Of a stretch of DNA of 36,683 nt, positions 25,119 to 35,228 are shown piece after piece (position 1 is the first letter of the stretch; the number at the start of each line of letters is the position of its first letter). This DNA comes from Candidatus Woesearchaeota archaeon (GTDB lineage Archaea; Nanobdellota; Nanobdellia; Pacearchaeales; GW2011-AR1): NCBI GenBank assembly GCA_964652735.1, contig CAZZCD010000002.1, forward strand, positions 1 to 36,683. The letters run 5' to 3'. A model generated the notes under the pieces. The model was not told the DNA's origin and did no database searches. It saw nothing but the letters and a program-made list of their open reading frames with translations. A program made the position numbers and the translations under genes.

Positions 25119-27167
25119 ATGAAAAAAATGAGGCTATTATTAACAGCATTAATGTTAACCCTATTTCTATTCCCTTTAATATCTGCAAAAATAATAATCA
25201 ACCAGCAGCCAGAAGAAGTTTATAATTTAGGTGATGTAATTTCTATTCCTATAACAATAGTGGCTTCTGTAGATATGGTTGGTAGTTTAAACATTGATTT
25301 GATGTGTATGGGGAGGGAAGTTAATTATAAAATTGGGATACCTTCCTTATCCTTTGGTGAAGAATATAGAACAGATATTTATGTTCCTTTAATAAAAAAT
25401 GAAATTGGCGAGCTTAAGGGAATATGTAAAGTAAAGGCTTATCTTGGAGAAGATTATGTTCTGACAAATGAATTTAGGATTTCTGATTTGATTTTCTTGG
25501 AAACTGATTTTCAGGTTCTTGAATTTAATCCTGGAGGAAATCTTTTAATTGAAGGTCAAGCAACCATGGAAAACAGCAAATCAGTAAATGGGTTTATAGA
25601 ATTATCTCTTGTTGAAGGAAACGCTTCAATATTAAGTCATCTTGAAACAATAAGCAATGGATTTTTTTTAATAAATAGCTCTCTTCCAAAAGACATAAAG
25701 GCAGGAGCTCTTCTTTTGAAATTAAACGCATATGAATTAGACACTAGTGGAGAAAAAACAAACAAGGGATTTTTAAATCAAAATATAAAAATAAATCAGG
25801 TTCCAACAAATCTTGAAATAATTTTTGATTCAGAAAGGGTAGAGCCAGGAACAAATCTAAAAGTTAAAGCTGTTCTTCATGACCAAACAGGAGAAAAAAT
25901 ACCTTCTATTTCCACGATAATAATAAAGAATGAAAATGATAAAATTATGGAACAAATTGCTGAAATCGCAACAGATGAATTTTTTGAATTTCCAATATTG
26001 TATAATGAAGCACCTTCAAAATGGAAAGTAATTTTTACTTCAAACGAATTAACAAGCGAATCATTCTTCACGATAATTGAAAAAGAATCAATAGATATTG
26101 AAATAATAAACAGAACATTAACTATTACAAACACAGGGAATGTTCTATATAATAAAATAGCTTTGATTAAAGTTGGTAATGAAACCTTGAATATTAATAT
26201 TTATCTTGAAGTTGACAAAAGCCAGAAATATATCATTACAGCTCCTGATGGTGAATATGAAGTAGAAGTCATAGCAGGAGATAGTGTGGTTTTAGAAGAG
26301 GTCATGCTTACAGGAAAAACAATAGATGTAAAAAAAGCACCAGGGACGATTGGAAGTCTTGTAAAATATCCTGTTGTCTGGATTTTTGTGATTCTAATTC
26401 TTGGATTTGTTGTTTTTCTCATATTTAAAAAGGGTTCTAAGAAAACTTTCATAGGATATCCATTTTCTAAAAACAAAAGAGATAAAAAAGATAAGATTAA
26501 AAGCCAAAAAGAAGGTGTTAAAGGAAAATTTATGCCATTAGTAAAAGGCTCTCTTGTTAATTCAAAAAATAAGGCAGAACTTTCTCTTTCAATAAAAGGA
26601 GATAAACAAAATGTAAGTGTTATTGCCCTTAATATAAAAAATCTCAAAGAGGTCCAGTCAAAAAAAGGAAATACAGAAGCAACTCTACAAAAAATAGTTA
26701 ACATTGCCGAGGAAAATAAAGCAGCAACATATGAAAGTCACAATACTTTGTTTTTTATTTTGGCTCCGACAAAAACAAGAACCTTTAAAAATGAAAAAAT
26801 AGCTTTGGAACTTGCACATAAAATAAAAGAAATACTTGCACATCACAACAAAATGTTTAAAGAGAAAATAAATTTTGGAATTTCTCTTAATTATGGAACA
26901 ATAGTTGCAAAACAAGACCAAGATTCACTTAAATTCATGAGTTTAGGAACATTAATAACTGTTGCAAAAAAGATATCTTCTCTTGCAAACGAAGATATCT
27001 TATTAAGTGATAAAATGAATGATATACTTAGATCTCATGTAAAAACAACAAAACAAGAAAAAAGTGGTATGGATGTTTATTCTATAAAAGGAATAAAAAA
27101 TGTTGAAGAACACAAAAAATTCATAAGAACTTTTTTAGACAGGATTGAAGGTAAAGAGAAGAAATAA
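25119..27167 (+). CDS. Membrane protein: signal peptide, large extracellular domain, one TM, and a cytoplasmic degenerate nucleotide-cyclase-like domain
   Basis: The N-terminus is MKKMRLLLTALMLTLFLFPLISA and the TM is YPVVWIFVILILGFVVFLIF. The C-terminal ...VSVIALNIKNL...INFGISLNYGTIVAK....KFMSLGTLITVAKKISSLANEDILLSDKM resembles a class III cyclase fold. TTTATAAA lies 29 nt upstream of the ATG. Confidence 0.75.
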   Translation: MKKMRLLLTALMLTLFLFPLISAKIIINQQPEEVYNLGDVISIPITIVASVDMVGSLNIDLMCMGREVNYKIGIPSLSFGEEYRTDIYVPLIKNEIGELKGICKVKAYLGEDYVLTNEFRISDLIFLETDFQVLEFNPGGNLLIEGQATMENSKSVNGFIELSLVEGNASILSHLETISNGFFLINSSLPKDIKAGALLLKLNAYELDTSGEKTNKGFLNQNIKINQVPTNLEIIFDSERVEPGTNLKVKAVLHDQTGEKIPSISTIIIKNENDKIMEQIAEIATDEFFEFPILYNEAPSKWKVIFTSNELTSESFFTIIEKESIDIEIINRTLTITNTGNVLYNKIALIKVGNETLNINIYLEVDKSQKYIITAPDGEYEVEVIAGDSVVLEEVMLTGKTIDVKKAPGTIGSLVKYPVVWIFVILILGFVVFLIFKKGSKKTFIGYPFSKNKRDKKDKIKSQKEGVKGKFMPLVKGSLVNSKNKAELSLSIKGDKQNVSVIALNIKNLKEVQSKKGNTEATLQKIVNIAEENKAATYESHNTLFFILAPTKTRTFKNEKIALELAHKIKEILAHHNKMFKEKINFGISLNYGTIVAKQDQDSLKFMSLGTLITVAKKISSLANEDILLSDKMNDILRSHVKTTKQEKSGMDVYSIKGIKNVEEHKKFIRTFLDRIEGKEKK

Positions 27168-27172
27168 TTATA

Positions 27173-27991
27173 TTATTTCTTTTTCTCATCACTTTTTTTA
27201 AAGATTTTTTGGACGTCTTTTTTGGAAAATTTTTTCTTTTTGAAATCCTTACGTAAGAATTTTAATGCTATTCCTGCTCCCAGAATAATCAAACCAGAAA
27301 AGAATACAATCCAGAAAACAGTACCTGCCTTATTAAAAAATATTTGAACAAATGCAAGATAAGTATCGCCTGCAATAGACCCAATAACTTTTTCAAGCCC
27401 TAATAAAGGAAGAGAAGAAAGTGTAAGGATAGAACCAACAACTATTAATGTGTTTTTTTTATGCTCTACCAAAAAGAAAATCAAAACAACCAGAACAGCA
27501 AAGGCGATAAGGGTAAAATAAAACTTCTCTTCCCAATAATTCTTAGCTTTTTCAGAAACCAAGAAAAGAGGCAACTCTGTCTCACCAAAGCAATCCCAAA
27601 ATCCACAATCATATTCCTCATAATAAATCTGCTCTACAATATTTTCTATTCCCTGATTAATAAGGGCTTCAGGAGTTTCTGGTATTTCTTCTAAGATATC
27701 ACAAGGAATCACAAAAGTATATCCTCCTCCTGCAAACACATATGATGTTTCATTTTGGCAATGTTCTCTCATAAATTCACTGGCCTCTTCCATCTCATTA
27801 GTTAAATTAAAATCTCCTACAGTAATGCCAAGTTTATCTTCAGTAAGATTTTGTAAGATAGGGCCAATTTCTTCCTGGAGATTTTCATAGCCTAAAGAAA
27901 GTGATAAAACAAAAAAAACATTTCCAAGAAGAAGAACGATAAAAAGAAGAACATATACAATAACTAATAAACCACCTCTAATAAAACCCAT
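27173..27991 (-). CDS. Hypothetical multi-pass membrane protein
   Basis: The ORF is 272 aa, with hydrophobic segments at the N-terminus and in the C-terminal half. Confidence 0.65.
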   Translation of the reverse strand: MGFIRGGLLVIVYVLLFIVLLLGNVFFVLSLSLGYENLQEEIGPILQNLTEDKLGITVGDFNLTNEMEEASEFMREHCQNETSYVFAGGGYTFVIPCDILEEIPETPEALINQGIENIVEQIYYEEYDCGFWDCFGETELPLFLVSEKAKNYWEEKFYFTLIAFAVLVVLIFFLVEHKKNTLIVVGSILTLSSLPLLGLEKVIGSIAGDTYLAFVQIFFNKAGTVFWIVFFSGLIILGAGIALKFLRKDFKKKKFSKKDVQKIFKKSDEKKK

Positions 27992-28081
27992 AATAAATTA
28001 AGGAAAAAAGTGTTTATAAATTTTGATAGTTTTATAAAAATCAACAAAAACCTTTATTAACTAATTCGGTTTTTATCTCTT

Positions 28082-30862
28082 ATGATAGAAAAAAAAGAGG
28101 ATTTGGAAAAAAATCAAAAAGAAAATCAAAGACCTGATTTTATAGCGTGGTTTTCTGAATTAAACAAAGGTTCTGGAAATATTGTTGGTGGAAAAGGGGC
28201 AAATCTTGGAGAGATGTACAACCTTAAAATTCCTGTTCCCCCTGGTTTTGTTGTTACAGCGCAGGCTTATGATTATTTAATAAAAAAGGCGAATATTGAT
28301 GATAAAATAAAAGAGCTTCTTGGTCAAATAAAATATGAGGACACAAATCAGCTAAATGAGATAACAAAACAAATTCGTGATTATATAGAAAAGGCAGAAT
28401 TTCCAAAAGAGATGGAAGAAGAAATTTTAGAAGCTTATGAGACTCTTGGGGCAGAAGACTCTGGATTAAAAAACAAGCCAGCATATGATATTCTTAAAAA
28501 ATCTCCTAAAGCAATATTTGTTGCTGTACGAAGTTCTGCTACTGCAGAGGATTTGGCTGATGCAAGTTTTGCAGGTCAACAAGATACATATCTAAATATA
28601 AAAGGAAAATCAGAACTAATAATATCAATAAAAAAATGCTTTGCTTCTCTTTTCACTTCAAGAGCAACATATTATAGAAACAAAAAAGGATTTAAACACG
28701 AACAGGTAAGTCTTGCAGTTATAGTGCAAAAAATGATAGATGCTAACAAATCAGGAGTAATTTTTTCTAAAGACCCCTCTTCAGGAAAAGAGAATGTAAT
28801 AATTGAAGCTGTATGGGGTCTTGGTGAAGGGATTGTTTCAGGACAAATCTCTCCTGACAGATATATTGTTTCAAAAGATTCTGGAGAAAAAGTCGTCAAG
28901 GAAAAAGAGATAGCAAAAAAGAAAATTGCAATTACACGGGATTCATCTGGAAAAAAGGAAATTGTAAAGCTTAAAGATGAAATTTCTGAAAGACAAGTTC
29001 TTAAGGAATATGAAATTATGAAACTGGCAGAAATTGCACTAAAACTTGAAAAACATTATCAAAAGCCACAAGATATTGAGTTTGCAATTGAAAGGGAAAA
29101 TCTTTATATTGTCCAGACAAGGCCAATTACTACTTTGGGAAAAAGGCACGAGGGTGGTGAAAAAGAATTAAAAGGAGAGTTAATACTAAAAGGACTTGCA
29201 GCTTCTCCAGGAATTGGTTCTGGAAAAATAAAAATTGTTGAAACCATAGAAGATTTAGGGAAAGTAAGCCAAGGAGATGTCTTAGTAACAAAAATGACAA
29301 ATCCAGATATGGTTGTTACCATGCAAAAATCTGCAGCAATTGTTACAGATGAAGGAGGACTCACAGCACATGCAGCAATTGTTTCGAGAGAAATGGGAAT
29401 TCCTGCAGTTGTTGGAACTCAAGATGCAACTACTAAACTAAAAGAGGGTGAAATAATAACTGTGGATGGATTTAACGGGAGAATCTACAAGGGAAAGGTT
29501 GCAGAAAGTGTTCAAAAAGAAGTTCTTCCAGTAACTGCCCAGACAAAAACAAAGATAAAAGTGATTCTAGACCTCCCGAGTTTTGCTTCACGTGCTGCAA
29601 AAACAAAATTAAAAGAAGTTGGTTTAGCAAGATTAGAAGGAATAATTGCAGAATCAGGGAAACACCCAAAATATTTTTCAGAAAAAAATTCTTTACAAGA
29701 GTATGAAGAAATTCTCTTTAAAGGTATAAGAGAAATTGCTCAGTATTTTGAAGAAATTTGGGTGAGAACTTCTGACATTAGAACAGATGAATTTAAAAAT
29801 TTAGAAGGTGCGCCAAAAGAAGTAGAAGCTAATCCAATGTTAGGAATGCATGGAATAAGATATGGAATCAAACATCCTGAAATATTTAAGGCAGAATTAA
29901 AAGCTATGAAACGGGTTTCAGATGAGGGTAAAAAAATAGGAATACTTTCCCCGCAAGTAATTTCTGTGGAAGAAATAAAAAAATTAAAAGAATTTCTAAA
30001 AGAAATTGGATTTGATCAGGCAAAAGTCGGTGTTATGATAGAAACCCCTGCTTCTGTTCAACTTATAAAAGAATTTTGTGAAGAAAAAATAGATTTTATC
30101 TCTTTCGGAACAAACGACCTTACCCAATACACTCTTGCTGTTGATAGGGGAAATAGGGAAGTACAAGGTCTTTACAATGAATCAGACCTTTCTATTCTCT
30201 ACCAAATCCAATATGTTCTGAAAGTCTGCAAAGAACACCATATCGAGACAAGCATTTGTGGACAAGCAGGAAGTCAAAAAGAAATGGTTAAGTTCCTAGT
30301 AGAAAAAGGAATTGATAGTATAAGTGTAAATGCTGATGTTGCTACAGATATTGCAAATTATGTTGCAGAACTTGAAGCTAGAACAACAGGGCAAGAAGAA
30401 AAGCGAGAATCAGAAGAAGCTTTTGTAAAACCTGACTACACCAAGCCTGAAGAAGAAAAGTTTGAGCCTGAAGAAGCTGGTAAAGAAGTTTCAGAAGAAA
30501 CTCATGAAGAACCTCAAGAAGAATCTACACCAGAACCTGATGAAGAAGAATTTCCAATAATAAAGGGAGCTGAACCTGTTCAAGAAAAAGAGCTAGAACT
30601 TGAAAAAGAAGAGCCAGAGCCTGAAGAAGAACCCCCTCCTGAAACACAGCCCCAACCAGAGCCAGAACCCGAACCAGAGCCAGTTGAAGAAAAAGAAGAA
30701 CCAGAAACATCTGAAGAAATAACCGAAGATATTGAGAAAAGTGGTGTTCCTGAGGAAATAGCTAAGAAAGAAGAAAAACTTGATGAAGTAGAAGAAGAAC
30801 AAGATAAACCAGTTGAAGAAAAACAAGAACCTAGTGAAGAAGAAGTTTTAGATGTTTTCTAA
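28082..30862 (+). CDS. ppsA: Phosphoenolpyruvate synthase (pyruvate, water dikinase) with an acidic Glu/Pro-rich C-terminal extension of about 160 aa
   Basis: The motifs are GGKGANLGEM, the phosphohistidine swivel TDEGGLTAHAAIVSREMGIPAVVG, and the PEP-utilising TIM barrel GTNDLTQYTLAVDRGN. The tail starts at about 30383. Confidence 0.95.
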   Translation: MIEKKEDLEKNQKENQRPDFIAWFSELNKGSGNIVGGKGANLGEMYNLKIPVPPGFVVTAQAYDYLIKKANIDDKIKELLGQIKYEDTNQLNEITKQIRDYIEKAEFPKEMEEEILEAYETLGAEDSGLKNKPAYDILKKSPKAIFVAVRSSATAEDLADASFAGQQDTYLNIKGKSELIISIKKCFASLFTSRATYYRNKKGFKHEQVSLAVIVQKMIDANKSGVIFSKDPSSGKENVIIEAVWGLGEGIVSGQISPDRYIVSKDSGEKVVKEKEIAKKKIAITRDSSGKKEIVKLKDEISERQVLKEYEIMKLAEIALKLEKHYQKPQDIEFAIERENLYIVQTRPITTLGKRHEGGEKELKGELILKGLAASPGIGSGKIKIVETIEDLGKVSQGDVLVTKMTNPDMVVTMQKSAAIVTDEGGLTAHAAIVSREMGIPAVVGTQDATTKLKEGEIITVDGFNGRIYKGKVAESVQKEVLPVTAQTKTKIKVILDLPSFASRAAKTKLKEVGLARLEGIIAESGKHPKYFSEKNSLQEYEEILFKGIREIAQYFEEIWVRTSDIRTDEFKNLEGAPKEVEANPMLGMHGIRYGIKHPEIFKAELKAMKRVSDEGKKIGILSPQVISVEEIKKLKEFLKEIGFDQAKVGVMIETPASVQLIKEFCEEKIDFISFGTNDLTQYTLAVDRGNREVQGLYNESDLSILYQIQYVLKVCKEHHIETSICGQAGSQKEMVKFLVEKGIDSISVNADVATDIANYVAELEARTTGQEEKRESEEAFVKPDYTKPEEEKFEPEEAGKEVSEETHEEPQEESTPEPDEEEFPIIKGAEPVQEKELELEKEEPEPEEEPPPETQPQPEPEPEPEPVEEKEEPETSEEITEDIEKSGVPEEIAKKEEKLDEVEEEQDKPVEEKQEPSEEEVLDVF

Positions 30863-30894
30863 ATATTTATAAATAAAAAATACTATTATAAAAT

Positions 30895-31437
30895 ATGGCT
30901 AAGATTTCTAAAAAAAAGAAGACAGCATCCAAAGCAAAAACCACCCTCAAGAGAAAAACCAAGACTAAAACAACAACTTCTCCGTCAAAAAAAAGAGATG
31001 AAATAAGGATTGGCAAAGCCCTTACAGATAATTTCATTGCTCTTCAAAAAATCATGGTAAATCTCTCTACAAAATTTGACAATCTCTCAAACCAAATATC
31101 AAAACTTCTTGAATTATTTGAAATATCTGCAAAATCTCTTGCAGGAAAAGATTTTGAAAGAGATAAAGAAAATAAAGATATGAAGGCAATTCTTGAAAAA
31201 CTCGATAACATTTCCCAACAATCAGGATTAATTGGAAAGGGTTTGGCACTTATTCATGAAATAAGTTCTGAGAAAGAACCCCCTGCTATGCCACCAGCAC
31301 AAAGACCACCAATCCCTATAAGAAAACCAACTCTGCCTCCTAAAAAACCAGCTTTAGGAATGCAAGGTTATCAGAGGTCAATCGCATCCAAGGATTCTGA
31401 ACCTAGAACCCCAAAATCAATGACTAGAGAAATCTAA
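30895..31437 (+). CDS. Hypothetical protein with basic N-terminus, coiled coil and Pro-rich C-terminus
   Basis: The ORF is 180 aa. TTTATAAA lies 29 nt upstream of the ATG. Confidence 0.6.
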   Translation: MAKISKKKKTASKAKTTLKRKTKTKTTTSPSKKRDEIRIGKALTDNFIALQKIMVNLSTKFDNLSNQISKLLELFEISAKSLAGKDFERDKENKDMKAILEKLDNISQQSGLIGKGLALIHEISSEKEPPAMPPAQRPPIPIRKPTLPPKKPALGMQGYQRSIASKDSEPRTPKSMTREI

Positions 31438-31463
31438 ATAGAATGCTTTTAAAATCATAGAGG

Positions 31464-32165
31464 ATGCTTAAACAAACTTCAAAAAATTTCAAGGAATTTT
31501 TCCTTTTAGAATTTACAAAAGAACTGATAAGAAGCACTGGAACATATAAAGAACTTAGAATAAAAAAAGAAGTCAAAAGGGTTATTCATAGAAAACCTAT
31601 AAAGCTCGGGCTACCACCAAAAGACTTATTGAAAAAAAATATATTGCATGGGGAGATTAAAGAAAAAATAAAAAGAGATTCTGAAACAATATCCCATTTA
31701 AAAAAAGAGGAGACTTTGTCTGAATTTAAAAAATTTTATTCTCTTACAAAACCGCCCTTGAGAGCTCCTTCCCCATACAGAATTCCTGCTCAGCTTAGAA
31801 TCCCTGAATCAAGACTTCCAGAAACAGTTCAGCATTTTAGACCAATACCAACTCAGAGAACAATAGATTTAGGAAAACTTAATCCCCTTATAAGAGATTC
31901 TCTTGTGAAAGTAATAGAATGTAACGGTCCTGAAGAAAAGATTATTGTGGTGGGAAGGATGGGAAGAAAAAGCACAAAAGTGATATTAAGCAAAGAAGAA
32001 ATAGATAGTATAATAAACAAATTCTCTAAAGCTGCAAAAATTCCTGTTCAGGAGGGTGTTTTTAAAGTTGTTTTTGGAAGATTAATCTTTTCTGCTATTG
32101 TTTCTGAAGTTGTTAGTTCAAAATTCCTAATTAGAAAGATGTTTGGTCCTGGTCTTGTCAGATAG
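31464..32165 (+). CDS. Hypothetical protein whose C-terminal half resembles the N-terminal domain of FlaI/VirB11-type secretion ATPases, with no ATPase core
   Basis: ...VIECNGPEEKIIVVGRMGRKSTKVILSKEEIDSIINKFSKAAKIPVQEGVFKVVFGRLIFSAIV...KFLIRKM. The ORF ends where the Walker A domain would begin. Confidence 0.5.
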   Translation: MLKQTSKNFKEFFLLEFTKELIRSTGTYKELRIKKEVKRVIHRKPIKLGLPPKDLLKKNILHGEIKEKIKRDSETISHLKKEETLSEFKKFYSLTKPPLRAPSPYRIPAQLRIPESRLPETVQHFRPIPTQRTIDLGKLNPLIRDSLVKVIECNGPEEKIIVVGRMGRKSTKVILSKEEIDSIINKFSKAAKIPVQEGVFKVVFGRLIFSAIVSEVVSSKFLIRKMFGPGLVR

Positions 32166-33660
32166 AATAATTCCCGACAAATTCTTTAAGTTCTTCTTCT
32201 GTTTCTGGTTCTTCAGAAAAACGCTTTGCAATATCCTTAAGAAATTTCATCCTATCTCTATCCATAAACGACTCCAAAATATTTCTGCTTAAATTAGAAT
32301 CATAATTCTCCTCACGCCAATATTCTCCTAATTCATATCTTATAGTTATAAATCCCTTCTTAGATGTTGCTTCTTTAACTTCTACAGAAGCATTTCTAAA
32401 TTTTTCATTGAGGATTGCTCTTTCTTGTTCAGTAAGACCAACAATTATTTCTGGCACATAAATTTCTGTTTCTTCCATTTCATAACCGGTTTCATCTGTT
32501 GAATCTGTTTCAAAAATTTCCTCTATTAGCTCCTCTGAAATTGTTTCATTTGCATCCACTTTCCCTTCTTCAAGAAGTGTTGATAAAGAAATAATTTCCT
32601 GACCAGAATCAATAAAACTAATCTTTAAATTTCCTTGCTCTAAAATTAAATCAAGATTTGATATATCAATAACAATCTCCTTGCTTCTGCTTCCCAAATA
32701 ATCTTCTCCAAAACCTTTTCCTGTCTCAGAATAATTTGTTGTGACAAGAACTTCATTATCTTTTATTTCCAATCCAACATCATTATCAGATAATTGTTCA
32801 GAATCTGTCCTAACACTTCTAGGTTTAATTTCTGCTCTTTCTCCTTCTTGTAGCGTATAGGTGAAAGTTTCACCTGCAAAGACCTGGCCATTAGCTTCTC
32901 TTTCAAATTCAACAACAGCTTTTCCAGTCATTCCTAAATTTAAAAAGAAATTGGAAATAGCTGTAGCAAACCCAGAAATAACATTTCCAGTTATAGGTGC
33001 ATCTTGTGTTTCTTTTGTTATGTTTTCTGTTTCTGGGGTCTCTGTTTCTGCTGGTTCTGTTATATTTTCTGTTTCAATAGTGTCTGCTTCTTCTTTTGTT
33101 ATGTTTTCTGCCTGTGTCTCGGTTGTTTCTGGCTCACTTGTTTGTTCTGCACTTGGTTCTTCCTCAGAAAGAATGCTTAATGCAAAATATACTGTTGGAA
33201 ATGTTTCTCTTTCTCCCAAAAGTCCATATCCTTCACCAGAGCCTGAAATAGATGCTCCTTGAATATAAAAACTTCCCTCACTTAATTCTTCTGAAATCAA
33301 ATCCTTTAGATTATATTCAAAAATATTTTCGTTGTTTTCAAAGACTAATTTTGATGAAGCTGGAATAAGCTCTCCTTCTTGTAAAGACAATCTTAGCTCT
33401 CCCTCAAGCGACTTGTCTTGTTGATAATCTGCATCTAAATCAAGGATAGCCTGTCCTGTTATTTCCCTCTCAGAAAAAATTAAAATAAAAATCAAAGCAA
33501 TCAAAAAAACCACCCCAAAAATTGCTAAAAAGATTTTCTTATAACTTAACTTTCCTGGTCCGCGATATTCAGAAATAACCTTTCCGTCAACTCTTTTGCT
33601 ATGATATATGTATGGCCCATAAATCTTCCCTCCTTTTTTTATATATTTTTTATAAGCCAT
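32158..33660 (-). CDS. Membrane-anchored acidic surface protein, hypothetical
   Basis: The N-terminus is MAYKKYIKKGGKIYGPYIYHSKR and the TM is IFLAIFGVVFLIALIFILIF. It has Glu/Thr-rich repeats (ETENITEPAETETPETENITKE). Confidence 0.65.
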   Translation of the reverse strand: MAYKKYIKKGGKIYGPYIYHSKRVDGKVISEYRGPGKLSYKKIFLAIFGVVFLIALIFILIFSEREITGQAILDLDADYQQDKSLEGELRLSLQEGELIPASSKLVFENNENIFEYNLKDLISEELSEGSFYIQGASISGSGEGYGLLGERETFPTVYFALSILSEEEPSAEQTSEPETTETQAENITKEEADTIETENITEPAETETPETENITKETQDAPITGNVISGFATAISNFFLNLGMTGKAVVEFEREANGQVFAGETFTYTLQEGERAEIKPRSVRTDSEQLSDNDVGLEIKDNEVLVTTNYSETGKGFGEDYLGSRSKEIVIDISNLDLILEQGNLKISFIDSGQEIISLSTLLEEGKVDANETISEELIEEIFETDSTDETGYEMEETEIYVPEIIVGLTEQERAILNEKFRNASVEVKEATSKKGFITIRYELGEYWREENYDSNLSRNILESFMDRDRMKFLKDIAKRFSEEPETEEELKEFVGNYSI

Positions 33661-33719
33661 TTTAATTTAAGTGTAGGGTAACTACAAAAATAAAATTAGA
33701 TATTTAAATTTTCGCTATT

Positions 33720-34811
33720 TTAATATCCGCAGTTCTCAGCTTCCCAAATATTATATCCTTCACCAGTATTTATGTTTGGGACACCGAGCGAATCATCAAG
33801 TCTTAAGTAACTTATATCATTATCTGACAGATAAGCCGCAAAAGTTATAAGGAAACAGCCTATTTCTGCCGAACCTCCGCTGAAATTTGCATAATAACCT
33901 ATGAAATCTGTTACAACATTGCTCTTTGGAAGATTGTTACTATCAAAAAAGATATTATTCCAGACAGAATTTATTATTCCTGTATCCACAGGAGAATCTA
34001 AAATACATCCTCCAACCCCATCTCCAGAAAATCCTGCTGAGCATGTACAATCAGGATTACAATTTGCGCCTCCGTCACAGTCATTTACATCAACATCATC
34101 CCCATCCCATATTCCATTACAAGTGCCTGGAGCTTCTGATGTACAAGAAGAAACATCAAAAGATAAGCAATCAACATTACATGCTAATGTTCCTTCGTCA
34201 AATCCCTGGCTAATACAATCTTCTCCTCCTAATTCTGTTCCATCACAAATTTCATCAACCTCATCTCCATTTGGATTTTGAATTATATTATCCCCGCAAT
34301 AACCTGTTCCAGGATCTCCAGTTCCACCATTATCTCCATTATCTCCTGGTGGAGCTGAACCTGATATTGTAGCTGTGTCTGTTATAGCCCCTACTGTTTC
34401 GGTTCCAGAACTTGATGTATAAATAGGTGCTACAGAAACTTCATAGAAAACACTAATATCACCAACCCCATCAAAATCATCAGAATCAAAACTAAAAAGT
34501 CTTTCTTGTGTTTGTATAAGTGGAATTTTCTCATCTACACTAGTGCTATCTGTACCATCAAAGAAAATAAATCTTACACCAATTAAATCACCCTCTCCTG
34601 AACTTCTTCTTACAAGAACTTTAACATTAGCGCCATCAATATAAGCAGATTTAATACTCAAATCAAGTGTTAATCTTGATAATTCAATTCCCTCTGCTCC
34701 TTCCTGAAGAATGTTTCTTACTACAACCCATACAATTCCCACAGCAACAAGAACCAGGAGAATTATTATTAAAGTTGCGACAATTGCTGAAAGACCTCTT
34801 TTATCTTGCAT
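33720..34811 (-). CDS. Archaeal type IV pilin-like protein (class III signal peptide) with a Cys-rich repeat region
   Basis: The N-terminus is MQDKRGLSAIVATLIIILLVLVAVGIV (KRG/LS prepilin-peptidase-type site). The region CGDNIIQNPNGDEVDEICDGTELGGEDC... resembles Cys-rich CG(D/N)G..E..EECD repeats. Confidence 0.7.
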   Translation of the reverse strand: MQDKRGLSAIVATLIIILLVLVAVGIVWVVVRNILQEGAEGIELSRLTLDLSIKSAYIDGANVKVLVRRSSGEGDLIGVRFIFFDGTDSTSVDEKIPLIQTQERLFSFDSDDFDGVGDISVFYEVSVAPIYTSSSGTETVGAITDTATISGSAPPGDNGDNGGTGDPGTGYCGDNIIQNPNGDEVDEICDGTELGGEDCISQGFDEGTLACNVDCLSFDVSSCTSEAPGTCNGIWDGDDVDVNDCDGGANCNPDCTCSAGFSGDGVGGCILDSPVDTGIINSVWNNIFFDSNNLPKSNVVTDFIGYYANFSGGSAEIGCFLITFAAYLSDNDISYLRLDDSLGVPNINTGEGYNIWEAENCGY

Positions 34812-34898
34812 TAATAAAAAAAGGTTTTCTTATTTATAAAATTAAGCACAGCATAGATAAACAACTAAAAAAATCAAGAACATTAATAAAAAATCAAA

Positions 34899-35162
34899 TT
34901 ATTGCGGCTGTTGTTGAATTTGTCCTTCAGGAATATATGGAACCAATATCAACGTCTCATTTCCAACAGGGATTTGAGCAAACCCGTTCTGTTGTATTTG
35001 TGAGATAATTGTTGCTATTGCAAATTCAATACCCTCACTTTGTCTATCAACCGCATATCCTGTAACACCTGGTCGAATCAAAAACATATACACCAAAATA
35101 ACAGCCATAACCACTATAATCGCAATCAAAAATGTTATAAGAACCTTTTTTTTATCTGCCAT
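34899..35162 (-). CDS. Small single-TM protein
   Basis: The ORF is 87 aa, with a basic N-terminus followed by the TM VLITFLIAIIVVMAVILVYMFLI. Confidence 0.5.
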   Translation of the reverse strand: MADKKKVLITFLIAIIVVMAVILVYMFLIRPGVTGYAVDRQSEGIEFAIATIISQIQQNGFAQIPVGNETLILVPYIPEGQIQQQPQ

Positions 35163-35228
35163 GATGGAATTAAATAAATCCTCTTTAAAAACTTTGTGTC
35201 AATTTAATTTATAGGATTTATTATATAT

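Noticed and set aside
14794-30826. Short ORFs nested antisense in confident genes: 14794..15069, 15136..15426, 15602..15844, 16884..17084, 18606..18800, 19013..19210, 19415..19759, 20218..20418, 21595..21792, 21971..22360, 22645..22860, 23216..23545, 25877..26134, 26201..26704, 26685..26921, 27461..27694, 28254..28484, 28672..28899, 29104..29364, 29472..29669, 30525..30710 and 30593..30826
   Set aside because: They lie opposite genes with strong domain evidence. They are low-complexity or hydrophobic, and they lack promoter or operon context.
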